The notes beneath the pieces are model-generated. The model worked only from the letters and a program-made list of their open reading frames with translations, ran no database searches and was not told where the DNA came from. Below are positions 27,087-35,871 of a DNA stretch of 64,000 nt, piece after piece. Position 1 is the stretch's first letter, and each line of letters opens with the position of its first letter. Position numbers and translations under genes: made by a program. This stretch comes from Candidatus Flemingiibacterium sp. Its GTDB lineage: Bacteria; Bacillota; Clostridia; Oscillospirales; CAG-272. The DNA is taken from contig JAZNMQ010000072.1 of assembly GCA_045579745.1 (NCBI GenBank), positions 10,358 through 74,357 of the forward strand. Reading direction: 5' to 3'.

Positions 27087-27776
27087 ATGAAAAATGCCAT
27101 GAAAATCGCGGCAATTATCGCCGCTCTTTGCTTTGCAGCGACTATGACGGCAGGCTGCCGCAATGAAAAGCAAATAACAAACGACCTTGATATTATAAAG
27201 AGCGCAAGCGAAAAGCTGGTCGAAAAGAGTGCCGGCGAAATCATGCTGTATGAAACCTTCAAGCTCGAAGAAGACATCGAGGGTGTTGCAGTCAGCAACG
27301 TTACGCAATCGTATGTAAAATATGCGATGAACGGCGATTCTCGTGAGTATGATCTGACTACTACGACTACAAGAGATAGCGATAACTCTGTCAGCTCCTA
27401 TAGTGCAAACTTTGAAAAGGGCGTTTTTACACAGAAGCTTGACGGTAAAGAAATCTCAAAGGAAGAACACCCTGAGCCGGATATTTTCAAGCCGTTTGAA
27501 ATAACCGTAACTCCCGCAGACGTAAAAAATATCGACACTATCGATCAAGGCCTCAGCGGTATACTTTATGTCGTAACAACAACCAAGGCTTTTGCAGACA
27601 GCTTTGATTATGACAAGGATGGCGTTAAGTACGATTGCACAGACGTTAAATTCAACTATTACGTTGATAGCAGAGGTATGCTTAATCAGATCGTCAGCGA
27701 AAGAACCGCTACGATCACTACCGCTGACAAAAAAAGTCAAAAGTCTGTAAACTTCTTCCAGGTTATTGCACAGTAA
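27087..27776 (+). CDS. Putative lipoprotein
   Basis: Signal peptide ending in TAGC lipobox; beta-rich hydrophilic mature part. Confidence 0.75.
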   Translation: MKNAMKIAAIIAALCFAATMTAGCRNEKQITNDLDIIKSASEKLVEKSAGEIMLYETFKLEEDIEGVAVSNVTQSYVKYAMNGDSREYDLTTTTTRDSDNSVSSYSANFEKGVFTQKLDGKEISKEEHPEPDIFKPFEITVTPADVKNIDTIDQGLSGILYVVTTTKAFADSFDYDKDGVKYDCTDVKFNYYVDSRGMLNQIVSERTATITTADKKSQKSVNFFQVIAQ

Positions 27777-27781
27777 TTTCT

Positions 27782-27812
27782 AAGGATAGCGATAAACTCG
27801 CTATCCTTTTTT
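27782..27812 (+). terminator. Intrinsic terminator
   Basis: AAGGATAGCGA/TCGCTATCCTT plus T-run. Confidence 0.85.
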
Positions 27813-27887
27813 GTTCTGCAAAAAATGACACTATATATTGCATTTTGTACCAAATTATTATATCCGTGCATAAATAATCGTTATGTA

Positions 27888-27916
27888 TTGACAAATTGCT
27901 CGTGATGTGATATAAT
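27888..27916 (+). promoter_or_regulatory. sigmaA promoter upstream of ORF 28075
   Basis: TTGACA-N17-TATAAT with extended TG. Confidence 0.85.
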
Positions 27917-28074
27917 AAAAGCAACAAATGCCTCCGCCTTGCTACGGCGAGAACAAGGAAGCTTTTATTTGATCATAAATTTTCAAATTCTTAAAAGCTC
28001 AAAGAAAATTTATGATATAATATATCTATAGAGCAGTTTCCAAAAGAATAACATGGAAAGGTTCGGTACCGCGT

Positions 28075-28398
28075 ATGAAAACTAAGGTTCCGCATAACAT
28101 ATTGACCATCTCGGAAATGACTAAACGTCCTAATAAAATCAACTCCGAGATAATCGATATCGACAATGTCATCCTGACAGAGGAAAATATCAAGAAGCTC
28201 CGCGCAAGCAAAAGCATGTTTAACAAGAGTACATATGTTCAGATACTTTGCGGAGGTGTTCGCTACAATGTCGAGGGCCTTGACCGCATGAAGAACGGCA
28301 AATACCGTCTTACGTTAATCTCGCATGAGTATTCGGCAACTCTTATCGGCGCCAAGGATGAGCCGGTACATCTGGCTAAGCTTTCAGCAATTTCATGA
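28075..28398 (+). CDS. Small hypothetical protein (107 aa)
   Basis: Own promoter, RBS GAAAGG and downstream terminator; no family recognised. Confidence 0.65.
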   Translation: MKTKVPHNILTISEMTKRPNKINSEIIDIDNVILTEENIKKLRASKSMFNKSTYVQILCGGVRYNVEGLDRMKNGKYRLTLISHEYSATLIGAKDEPVHLAKLSAIS

Positions 28399-28407
28399 TT
28401 TAAACAA

Positions 28408-28452
28408 GCTCGCAGTACTGCATAAGCACATTACTGCGAGCCTCGTTTTTTT
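28408..28452 (+). terminator. Intrinsic terminator
   Basis: GCTCGCAGTA/TACTGCGAGC stem followed by a T-run. Confidence 0.75.
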
Positions 28453-28524
28453 GTCGACTGTTGATTTTTATATTCTCTTATGTTATAATTTAATTGCTAA
28501 ATATCATTTTAGAAAAGGGTGTAA

Positions 28525-28673
28525 CGTGAAAAATATTTTTTCACGCGGGTTTTGTGGCTTTCGTTGTCTTGTAACAACGATTTTGCAACGCAAAACCAGT
28601 CCCAAAATTCCATGTGATGCAACGCATCGCGTAGAAAGGCAGGCTTTCGCAAACGAAAGCCATGATGATTAAT
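28525..28673 (+). repeat. Structured repeat element, copy B (ABC ATPase leader)
   Basis: Same four hairpins as copy A with compensatory changes, plus an extra GCGATGC-type hairpin insertion. Confidence 0.85.
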
Positions 28674-29399
28674 ATGGATAACAGAATGATGGGAGTGGCG
28701 GATGTACCGCTTCTCGAGCTTCGCAATGTCGTGAAAACCTACGGCTCAAAGCGCGCGCTTGACGATATCAGCTTTACTGTCGGCAGAGGCGGTATTATCG
28801 GGCTGCTTGGACCGAACGGAAGCGGAAAAACCACTATACTGAAGCTCGCGTGCGGACTCCTTACCGCAAACAGCGGAGAGATTTTAATTGACGGAGAGCC
28901 GCCCTCTCCGAGAACAGCGGCGAAGATTGCGTATCTGCCCGATAAAGACTGTCTGCCGGGGAGGTCGAGAATTTGCACGCTGATCGATTATTTTTCCGAT
29001 TTCTATGAGGATTTCGACCGCGTTAAGGCTTACGAGATGATTTCTCGCCTTGAGATAAATCCGCGTGACCGTATGATTACACTCTCAAAGGGAACGCGCG
29101 AAAAGGTTCAGCTCATCCTTGTAATGAGCCGCCGCGCATCGCTTTATCTTCTTGATGAGCCGATCGGCGGAGTTGACCCTGCGGCAAGGGAATATATTTT
29201 GAATACCATTCTAAAAAACTACAGCGAAAACGGTTCGATTATCATTTCAACTCATCTTATAAGCGAGGTTCAGTCTGTGCTTAATGATGTGATTTTCATA
29301 GCTGACGGAAAGGCTAAGCTGTGTGCGTCGGTCAGCGAACTTTGGGAGAAGCATCAAAAGACTGTTGATGAGTTGTTCAGAGAGGTATACAGATGCTGA
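28674..29399 (+). CDS. ABC transporter ATP-binding protein (ABC-2 exporter type); start may be 28662 or 28674
   Basis: GPNGSGKT, LSKG signature variant, LLDEPIGG, ISTHL. Confidence 0.9.
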   Translation: MDNRMMGVADVPLLELRNVVKTYGSKRALDDISFTVGRGGIIGLLGPNGSGKTTILKLACGLLTANSGEILIDGEPPSPRTAAKIAYLPDKDCLPGRSRICTLIDYFSDFYEDFDRVKAYEMISRLEINPRDRMITLSKGTREKVQLILVMSRRASLYLLDEPIGGVDPAAREYILNTILKNYSENGSIIISTHLISEVQSVLNDVIFIADGKAKLCASVSELWEKHQKTVDELFREVYRC

Positions 29400-30220
29400 G
29401 AACGCTTATAAAATATGAATTTCGTCAAACCTCAGCTCCAATGCTGATGCTCATGGCAGGGGTGCTTATTGTATCTGCCTTATCGAGATTCTGCATGATG
29501 CTTGAAGAACATTTTACATTTTTCATGGTGCCGTCAATTCTGACAGCGAGTGCTTATTTATTGGGATTCCTTACGGTGAATCCGCTGATCAACGTTTTGA
29601 TAATCCGCCGATTCTACACGAGCATGTACAGCGCCGAGGGCTACATAACCCTGACGCTGCCGGTCGAAAGATGGAAGCACATTATATCAAAGCTGATCGT
29701 TTCTATGATTTGGTTGATAACGGGCGAGATCTTTATGATCGCATCGGTTGGGATCGTAGAATCATGGCCGGTAATAATCGATGCCGTCATTGACATGCGT
29801 TCGTTTCACTTTGAGTATATGAACCAAGCTGTCGATTATCTCAACGTGCCGGTTGCGCTTATTATAGCGGAGCTTGTGATAATAAACATAATCTCGCTTG
29901 CACAGAGCGTACTCGTTATATTTGCATCGATATCGATAGGTCAGCTTTTCAAAAAACACCGAATTTTTGGTGCCGTAGTCGGCTATCTGTTGATTTATAG
30001 CGTAAATCAACTTGTTATGAGCGGATATTATAGATTTGCCGACATTACGGTCGAAACGCTTGGCATAGGCTTCGGTGGATATATGCAAAAGCTCAGCGGT
30101 TTCGAATCCATGCAGCATCAGCTTTTGATGGTTACATATATTATAATCCTTGCATTGATCACGCTCGTATGCTATTTAGTAACGAATTTTATCTTGAAAA
30201 AGGCTGTAAATCTGCAATAA
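29393..30220 (+). CDS. ABC-2-type permease
   Basis: About 6 TM helices; RRFY.SMYSAEGYITLTLPV...I.SKL motif; overlaps the ATPase stop. Confidence 0.8.
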   Translation: MLRTLIKYEFRQTSAPMLMLMAGVLIVSALSRFCMMLEEHFTFFMVPSILTASAYLLGFLTVNPLINVLIIRRFYTSMYSAEGYITLTLPVERWKHIISKLIVSMIWLITGEIFMIASVGIVESWPVIIDAVIDMRSFHFEYMNQAVDYLNVPVALIIAELVIINIISLAQSVLVIFASISIGQLFKKHRIFGAVVGYLLIYSVNQLVMSGYYRFADITVETLGIGFGGYMQKLSGFESMQHQLLMVTYIIILALITLVCYLVTNFILKKAVNLQ

Positions 30221-30224
30221 TTTT

Positions 30225-30254
30225 GAATAAATCCGCACCCATCCGTCAAGAATA
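30225..30254 (+). promoter_or_regulatory. Possible sigmaF-type forespore promoter
   Basis: GAATA-N15-GTCAAGAATA resembles the GYATA-N15-GGnnAnAnTA consensus; it precedes a SpoIIQ-like gene. Confidence 0.45.
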
Positions 30255-30299
30255 TTACCAAACCGATGAAATAAATTTTTGAAAGGTTGGTAATGTTTC

Positions 30300-31067
30300 A
30301 TGGAGAACAAAATAAAAAAGCGTTCGATCAACTCGGTTATTTATCTTTTGCTTGCGGCGATGCTCGTAGGTGTGATTGGAGTTTCGGTCTACACAGTCGA
30401 TTCCCGCAGAAAGCCGACGAATCCCGATGTGACCTCTGACGACAGCACTTCGCTAGATTCTGACACAAGCACAAATGCACCCGACACGACCGAAAATGCA
30501 CCAAAGGATTCAGGCGTGACGGATGATAAAGCAGAGTCTAAGACTGATTCCGATTCTGACACACAAAAACAGACCGAGGCATCCAGCTCCACAAAGACTG
30601 ATGTACCCGCTTCGGTGAATGTACACTATTTTGTCGAGCCTGCAAGCGGATTCGTTTCAAAGACGCATGAGCTTGACATTCCCGTCTACTCGCTGACGAT
30701 GAACGATTATCGGGCACATGCCGGAATCGATATTCAGGCTCCGCTCGGCAGTGATGTTGTATCGGCTTCGAGCGGAAAGGTCTGCCGAATTCTAAACGAC
30801 CCGCTTATGGGTAAAACTGTTACAATCGACCACGGCGATGGAATTTATTCCACATATAAAAATTTAGCCGAGGAGCTTGCATTGGGAATTGAGGTCGGAG
30901 CGTCAGTTTCGATGGGGCAGGTTATCGGCTCAATCGGCGAAAGCGCGATTATTGAGATTGCCGAGAATCCACATCTTCACTTTGAGCTTGAGGTGAACGG
31001 CGAGCATGTTGACCCGCTTGAATATGTGACGGTGGCGAAAAGCTCTGACGATGAATTTGAATCGTAA
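30300..31067 (+). CDS. M23 peptidase, SpoIIQ-like
   Basis: N-terminal TM, S/T/D-rich linker, HAGID and HLH zinc motifs, VDPLEY C-terminus. Confidence 0.75.
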   Translation: MENKIKKRSINSVIYLLLAAMLVGVIGVSVYTVDSRRKPTNPDVTSDDSTSLDSDTSTNAPDTTENAPKDSGVTDDKAESKTDSDSDTQKQTEASSSTKTDVPASVNVHYFVEPASGFVSKTHELDIPVYSLTMNDYRAHAGIDIQAPLGSDVVSASSGKVCRILNDPLMGKTVTIDHGDGIYSTYKNLAEELALGIEVGASVSMGQVIGSIGESAIIEIAENPHLHFELEVNGEHVDPLEYVTVAKSSDDEFES

Positions 31068-31084
31068 ATAAAAGCAAACACATA

Positions 31085-31118
31085 AGGGACATCTGCCATA
31101 TTTCAGGCGGATGTCCCT
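31085..31118. terminator. Terminator between convergent genes
   Basis: AGGGACATCTGCC/GGCGGATGTCCCT. Confidence 0.8.
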
Positions 31119-31161
31119 CTGTTTTATGCAGCTAAATTCATTATTCAGCCAATATGCGGAG

Positions 31162-31665
31162 CTATTGGCAGAACTTTTTTATATCACGGACAATTGCCGC
31201 GACGTTCGCTTCCGCATTGCCGCTGCACTCAATTACTAAATCGGCGTATTTTTCGTAAAGCGGTGCACGCTCGTCGAATACATCCTTTAAAGTCATGCCT
31301 TTGCCGATGGCGATGCCTCGTGTATTTATGTTGTTGATGCGTCGCTCGATTTCGCTGAACGGAAGCTTCAGAAATACACAGCTTCCGCTTTTCTTTAAGA
31401 ATGTCATGGCGCGCTCGCTGTAGACTGCGCTTCCGCCCGTTGCGATAACGGAACGGCTCGTGTTGACCTCAAGCAGGGCACGCTCCTCGATCTCTTTAAA
31501 TGCTTCGATGCCGTCTGAATTGATTATATCCTGAAGTAATCTCCCCTCACGGCTTTGTATGATGAGATCGGTGTCGATAAACTGATAGCCAAGCGTTTTT
31601 GCAAGAAGCACACCGATCGTGCTTTTGCCGCAGCCTGCCATTCCGATAAGGATTATATTTTTCAT
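31162..31665 (-). CDS. aroK: Shikimate kinase
   Basis: IILIGMAGCGKSTIG, FIDTD, VIATGGS, ERAPLYEKYAD. Confidence 0.92.
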   Translation of the reverse strand: MKNIILIGMAGCGKSTIGVLLAKTLGYQFIDTDLIIQSREGRLLQDIINSDGIEAFKEIEERALLEVNTSRSVIATGGSAVYSERAMTFLKKSGSCVFLKLPFSEIERRINNINTRGIAIGKGMTLKDVFDERAPLYEKYADLVIECSGNAEANVAAIVRDIKKFCQ

Positions 31666-31835
31666 GTTGTTAGCTCCGAGTTGTTATTTATATCCCAATT
31701 ATACAATGAGGGGCTTTTTTTGTCAAGTAAGGGGTCAGGATGAAAATTAACAAAATATAGCTTGTTAAATACATTTGGGCGTAGTATAATATACTTTGAA
31801 TATTCATTCGAGTTTAAACTATAGGAGATACATTA

Positions 31836-33020
31836 ATGATAATCGAGCCTAAAACGAGAGGATTCATCTGCACGACTGCGCATCCTGTCGGATGCGATGA
31901 AAATGTTCGCAGAATGATTAAATATACACTTGAAAATAAATCGGATGCTAACCTGCCAAAAAAGGTGCTTGTCATCGGAAGCTCTACGGGATACGGTCTT
32001 GCGAGCCGTATTGCCGCCGCATTCGGCGGAGGCGCTTCAACTATAGGCGTTGCGTTCGAAAAACCTGCAAGCGGTGCAAGATGCGCTTCGACAGGCTGGT
32101 ACAATACAGCCGCATTTGACAAATATGCCTGCGCACACGGACTTTACAGCGCGAACATTATGGGCGACGCTTATTCGGATGCGGTAAAGGAAGCTGTTTG
32201 CGAGCTCATCAAGCGCGACCTTGGCAAGATTGATATGCTTGTTTATTCGCTTGCCGCACCTCGCCGCACTATGCCCGACGGTACAACGGTTTCGTCTGTT
32301 CTGAAGCCTGTTGGGGCACCTTATAGCGGAAAAAGCGTAGACCTCAAAACAAAGGAAATTTCCGAGGTATCGCTGTTGCCTGCAAACGACTCCGAAATAG
32401 AAAACACAATCCACGTCATGGGCGGCGAGGATTGGCAGGCATGGATAGATAAGCTTGCGGCAGAGGGACTGCTTGAAAAGGAATTTACCACGGTGGCTTA
32501 CAGCTATGTCGGCCCGTCGCTTACTCACGCAATTTACAAGGATGGCACAATAGGAAAGGCAAAGGATCACCTTGCACTAACTGCCCAAAGGTTATCATCC
32601 GAGCATGGCATTCGCGCTCTCATTTCGGTAAACAAAGCGCTTGTTACACAATCGAGCGCGGCTATACCCGTGGTTCCGCTTTACATTTCCATCCTTTTTA
32701 AAAAGATGAAAGCGCTCGGTACGCATGAGGGCGTGATTGAGCAAATGGTTCGCATGATGAAAAAGCTCTATAGCGGAAACACAGAGCTTGATCCTGCAGG
32801 AATGCTCCGAATGGACGACTACGAGATGGAGCCAACTCTCCAAGCGGAAATTTCCGAGCTTTGGGATACTCTTACGAGCGAAAACGTATCGGAATATGCC
32901 GATTTCGAGGAATATGATCGCGAATTTTTAAAGCTGTTCGGATTCATGGTGGACGGGGTCGATTATTTGGCAGATGTCGATCCGGATGTAACGATCGGCA
33001 ATCTTGCCATAGTGAATTGA
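31836..33020 (+). CDS. fabV: trans-2-enoyl-CoA/ACP reductase (FabV/Ter)
   Basis: AHPVGC, VIGSSTGYGLASRI, YSLAAPRR, VMGGEDW, AYSYVG, IGKAKDHL, KALVTQSSAAIP. Confidence 0.92.
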   Translation: MIIEPKTRGFICTTAHPVGCDENVRRMIKYTLENKSDANLPKKVLVIGSSTGYGLASRIAAAFGGGASTIGVAFEKPASGARCASTGWYNTAAFDKYACAHGLYSANIMGDAYSDAVKEAVCELIKRDLGKIDMLVYSLAAPRRTMPDGTTVSSVLKPVGAPYSGKSVDLKTKEISEVSLLPANDSEIENTIHVMGGEDWQAWIDKLAAEGLLEKEFTTVAYSYVGPSLTHAIYKDGTIGKAKDHLALTAQRLSSEHGIRALISVNKALVTQSSAAIPVVPLYISILFKKMKALGTHEGVIEQMVRMMKKLYSGNTELDPAGMLRMDDYEMEPTLQAEISELWDTLTSENVSEYADFEEYDREFLKLFGFMVDGVDYLADVDPDVTIGNLAIVN

Positions 33021-33021
33021 T

Positions 33022-34347
33022 ATGCCGCGACGCAGACGCGCCGCACATTGCGGCATTGATGAGAGTTATTGGGACAGGCTTGACAACGCGGCGAAGATTA
33101 TTCCTGCGATTACGACAAGCCGTTCCCCTAACGTATTCCGAATAACGGCGGTGCTTTCGGAGCTTGTTGAGCCTGACGTTTTGCAGGCGGCTACCGAAAA
33201 AGCCCTTTCGATTATGCCGTCGTTCGCTCTGAAGCTCAACCGAGGCTTGTTTTGGTACTATTTTGATACAAACAGCGAAAAGCCGATCGTCAGAGAGGAA
33301 AAGGGCTATCCCTGCGCACCTATTTATAAGGCGTCCGAAAAAGGCTTTCTTTTCAGGGTGCTCTACTATAAGAAGCGCATCAGCCTTGAGATTTATCATG
33401 CGCTTTCGGATGGAATGGGAGCGGCGAATTTCGCTAAACTAATCGTATACTGCTATTTTAATATCAAGAACGGAAAAGATGTTCCTGAGGAGTATATACG
33501 ACGCGAGGTAGAAATAATTACGCGCGATTTCGACGAGGATAGCTTTGTCAGAAGCTTTGATGACCCCTCGCTCAACCTCAAGGGGACTGCGAAGGAGAAA
33601 ATGCCCGAGGCATTTCTGATGAACGGTTATCGCTTTGACGGAACAAGGCTCGGCGTGCTGACGGCTCTTATACCGATGGACGAGCTGAGGGCGCTTGCAA
33701 AAAGTCACCGAGCTACGATGTCGGAATACCTCAGCGCACTGATAATATGGTCGATTTTCAACACATCGTACCGTCGCTCAAACTTCCAAAAGCCCATCGT
33801 CGTCAGTATTCCCGTCAATCTTCGCGGCATGTTTGATTCGGCGACGCTTCGCAACTTTTTCGGTCATATGTATGTTTCTGTTCTGCCGAAACGCGGCGAG
33901 GATTTTGACTCGATTCTGCAGAAAACAAAGGCTGAGTTCAAGAAATCGCTTAAACGCGAGTATTTTGAACGGCAGATCGCCGACCATGTTGCCATAGAGA
34001 GGATCCCGGGTGTTGGATTCGTACCAATATTTATTAAGAATCTCATAATGCGGCATTCGTTCAAAAAAGCCGCAAAGCTATATACGGTTACCTTTTCAAA
34101 TCTCGGGCAGGTGATCCTGCCGTCAATGATTGAGGATAACGTAGAAAGATTTGAGCTTGTTATCGGCGCGTCAGAATCTCACCCCAAAAAGGTCGCACTA
34201 TGCTCGTTTGGCAATCAGCTGTCGTTGATCTTTTCATCGACGATTGAGGATAATTCGCTTGAGCGGTTTATGATCGGCTTCCTCGCGGAGCAGGGGATCG
34301 GGATTTCCGTTTCATCGAACGAAACGCCTGAGCCGAAAAGAAAATAA
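33022..34347 (+). CDS. CoA-dependent acyltransferase (alcohol acetyltransferase/condensation-like fold)
   Basis: RLDNAAKI, L..GLFWYY, catalytic-type YHALSDG (HxxxDG), IPVNLR, TLRNFF, FSNLG. Confidence 0.75.
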   Translation: MPRRRRAAHCGIDESYWDRLDNAAKIIPAITTSRSPNVFRITAVLSELVEPDVLQAATEKALSIMPSFALKLNRGLFWYYFDTNSEKPIVREEKGYPCAPIYKASEKGFLFRVLYYKKRISLEIYHALSDGMGAANFAKLIVYCYFNIKNGKDVPEEYIRREVEIITRDFDEDSFVRSFDDPSLNLKGTAKEKMPEAFLMNGYRFDGTRLGVLTALIPMDELRALAKSHRATMSEYLSALIIWSIFNTSYRRSNFQKPIVVSIPVNLRGMFDSATLRNFFGHMYVSVLPKRGEDFDSILQKTKAEFKKSLKREYFERQIADHVAIERIPGVGFVPIFIKNLIMRHSFKKAAKLYTVTFSNLGQVILPSMIEDNVERFELVIGASESHPKKVALCSFGNQLSLIFSSTIEDNSLERFMIGFLAEQGIGISVSSNETPEPKRK

Positions 34348-34368
34348 ATTTACAGAAAGGAGAATTCG

Positions 34369-35031
34369 ATGAGGTACTGTCGTAACTGCAAGGTAAAGCT
34401 TACAAATGACCTTGAATACTGCCCGCTCTGCGATATGGAAACCGATCTGACGGATGATAATTTCGAGGACGACTATCCTTATGTAAAGAGCCGCTTTTCG
34501 CGCAGATTTCTGCTGAAAATGATTACGTTCTCATCGTTTCTTCTGCTCGCAACAAGCTTGCTCGTTGACCATCTCGTGCCCACGGGAAATCCTTGGGCGT
34601 TCATAACGGTCGGAGCAATTCTCTATGCGTGGATCACCGCTATGGGGGTACTGAAAAGCACCCCGAATCCGGCTTCGATAATGCTCAGCCAGGTCTTCAC
34701 TGTCAGCGGACTGACCGTTCTTATTGATTTTTTGACGGGCTGGTATCGGTGGTCGTTCAACTATGTAATTCCATCGCTCATAATTGCCGCGGCGATTGCC
34801 ATTACACTTATGATGGTGATAAAACCGCATAAATACCGTGCATACACGATTTATCAGCTGATAATTGCAATTCTCGGCGTTGTATCGCTGCTTTTGTGGG
34901 TGTTCGATTTTTCTCAGATCGAATGGATGGTGATCGCATCGTCGGGAGTTTCGCTTTTATGCTTCATCACGATGCTCGTTTTCTCAAACCGCAAAACAAG
35001 GAACGAGCTTGTAAAACGCTTCCACATCTGA
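34369..35031 (+). CDS. Membrane protein with N-terminal zinc ribbon (recalled as DUF6320-like)
   Basis: CRNC...CPLC, about 6 TM segments, C-terminal ELVKRFHI. Confidence 0.65.
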   Translation: MRYCRNCKVKLTNDLEYCPLCDMETDLTDDNFEDDYPYVKSRFSRRFLLKMITFSSFLLLATSLLVDHLVPTGNPWAFITVGAILYAWITAMGVLKSTPNPASIMLSQVFTVSGLTVLIDFLTGWYRWSFNYVIPSLIIAAAIAITLMMVIKPHKYRAYTIYQLIIAILGVVSLLLWVFDFSQIEWMVIASSGVSLLCFITMLVFSNRKTRNELVKRFHI

Positions 35032-35096
35032 GGCTTCTTTTGCAAATTTATGCAGAATACTGCTAAAAATATTATATTATACAAGGAGAACAAACT

Positions 35097-35573
35097 ATGG
35101 TACAAATCGAAATGGAAGACGGCGGAATTATCAAAATTCAGCTCTATCCCGCTGTCGCACCGATCACATGCGCAAACTTTGAAAAGCTTGTCAAGGAGGG
35201 CTTTTACGACGGAATCATTTTCCATCGCGTAATCTCCGGCTTTATGATTCAGGGCGGCGACCCGTCCGGAACAGGCATGGGCGGCTCTAAGGAAACCATC
35301 AAGGGCGAGTTTAAAACCAACGGTGTTACCAACAATCTGAGTCACACCCGCGGAACCATCTCTATGGCACGCACTCAGATCAAGGACAGCGCAAGCTCTC
35401 AGTTCTTCATCTGCCATGCAGATGCGACATTCCTTGACGGTGAATACGCGGCGTTCGGATGCGTAACCGAGGGAATGGAGGTCGTTGACCGCATTGCATC
35501 TGTAAAGACTGACCTTCGCGACAAGCCGTTGACCGAAATGAAGATGAAAAAGGTTATCTGGATCGACGATTAA
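35097..35573 (+). CDS. ppiB: Cyclophilin-type peptidyl-prolyl isomerase
   Basis: FYDGIIFHRVISGFMIQGGDP, GTISMART, SASSQFFICH, LDGEYAAFG. Confidence 0.93.
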   Translation: MVQIEMEDGGIIKIQLYPAVAPITCANFEKLVKEGFYDGIIFHRVISGFMIQGGDPSGTGMGGSKETIKGEFKTNGVTNNLSHTRGTISMARTQIKDSASSQFFICHADATFLDGEYAAFGCVTEGMEVVDRIASVKTDLRDKPLTEMKMKKVIWIDD

Positions 35574-35686
35574 CGCTCGCCTACTTAAATTTTTGCAGAA
35601 AATCTCATAAGACAGTACCGCATGATTCTAGCGGCGCAGATGTTCCATCAAGGCGTCAGCCGTGAATTTTGAGTAATGCCTTAAAT

Positions 35687-35720
35687 GACCGCAGGATAAA
35701 TTGTTCTGCGGTCGATTTTT
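35687..35720 (+). terminator. Intrinsic terminator downstream of ppiB
   Basis: GACCGCAGGA/TTCTGCGGTC plus T-run. Confidence 0.7.
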
Positions 35721-35871
35721 CCTTGAAATACGCATATTATTGCAGTTTACATAAAATACATATAAATACAACGATTTGTTCACATGAATGCGCTATAATA
35801 ATTATACAGTCTTATGACTGCGTGTGAGAGTTAAAAGACTGCACACAATATTAAATGATGGAGGATTGCTT

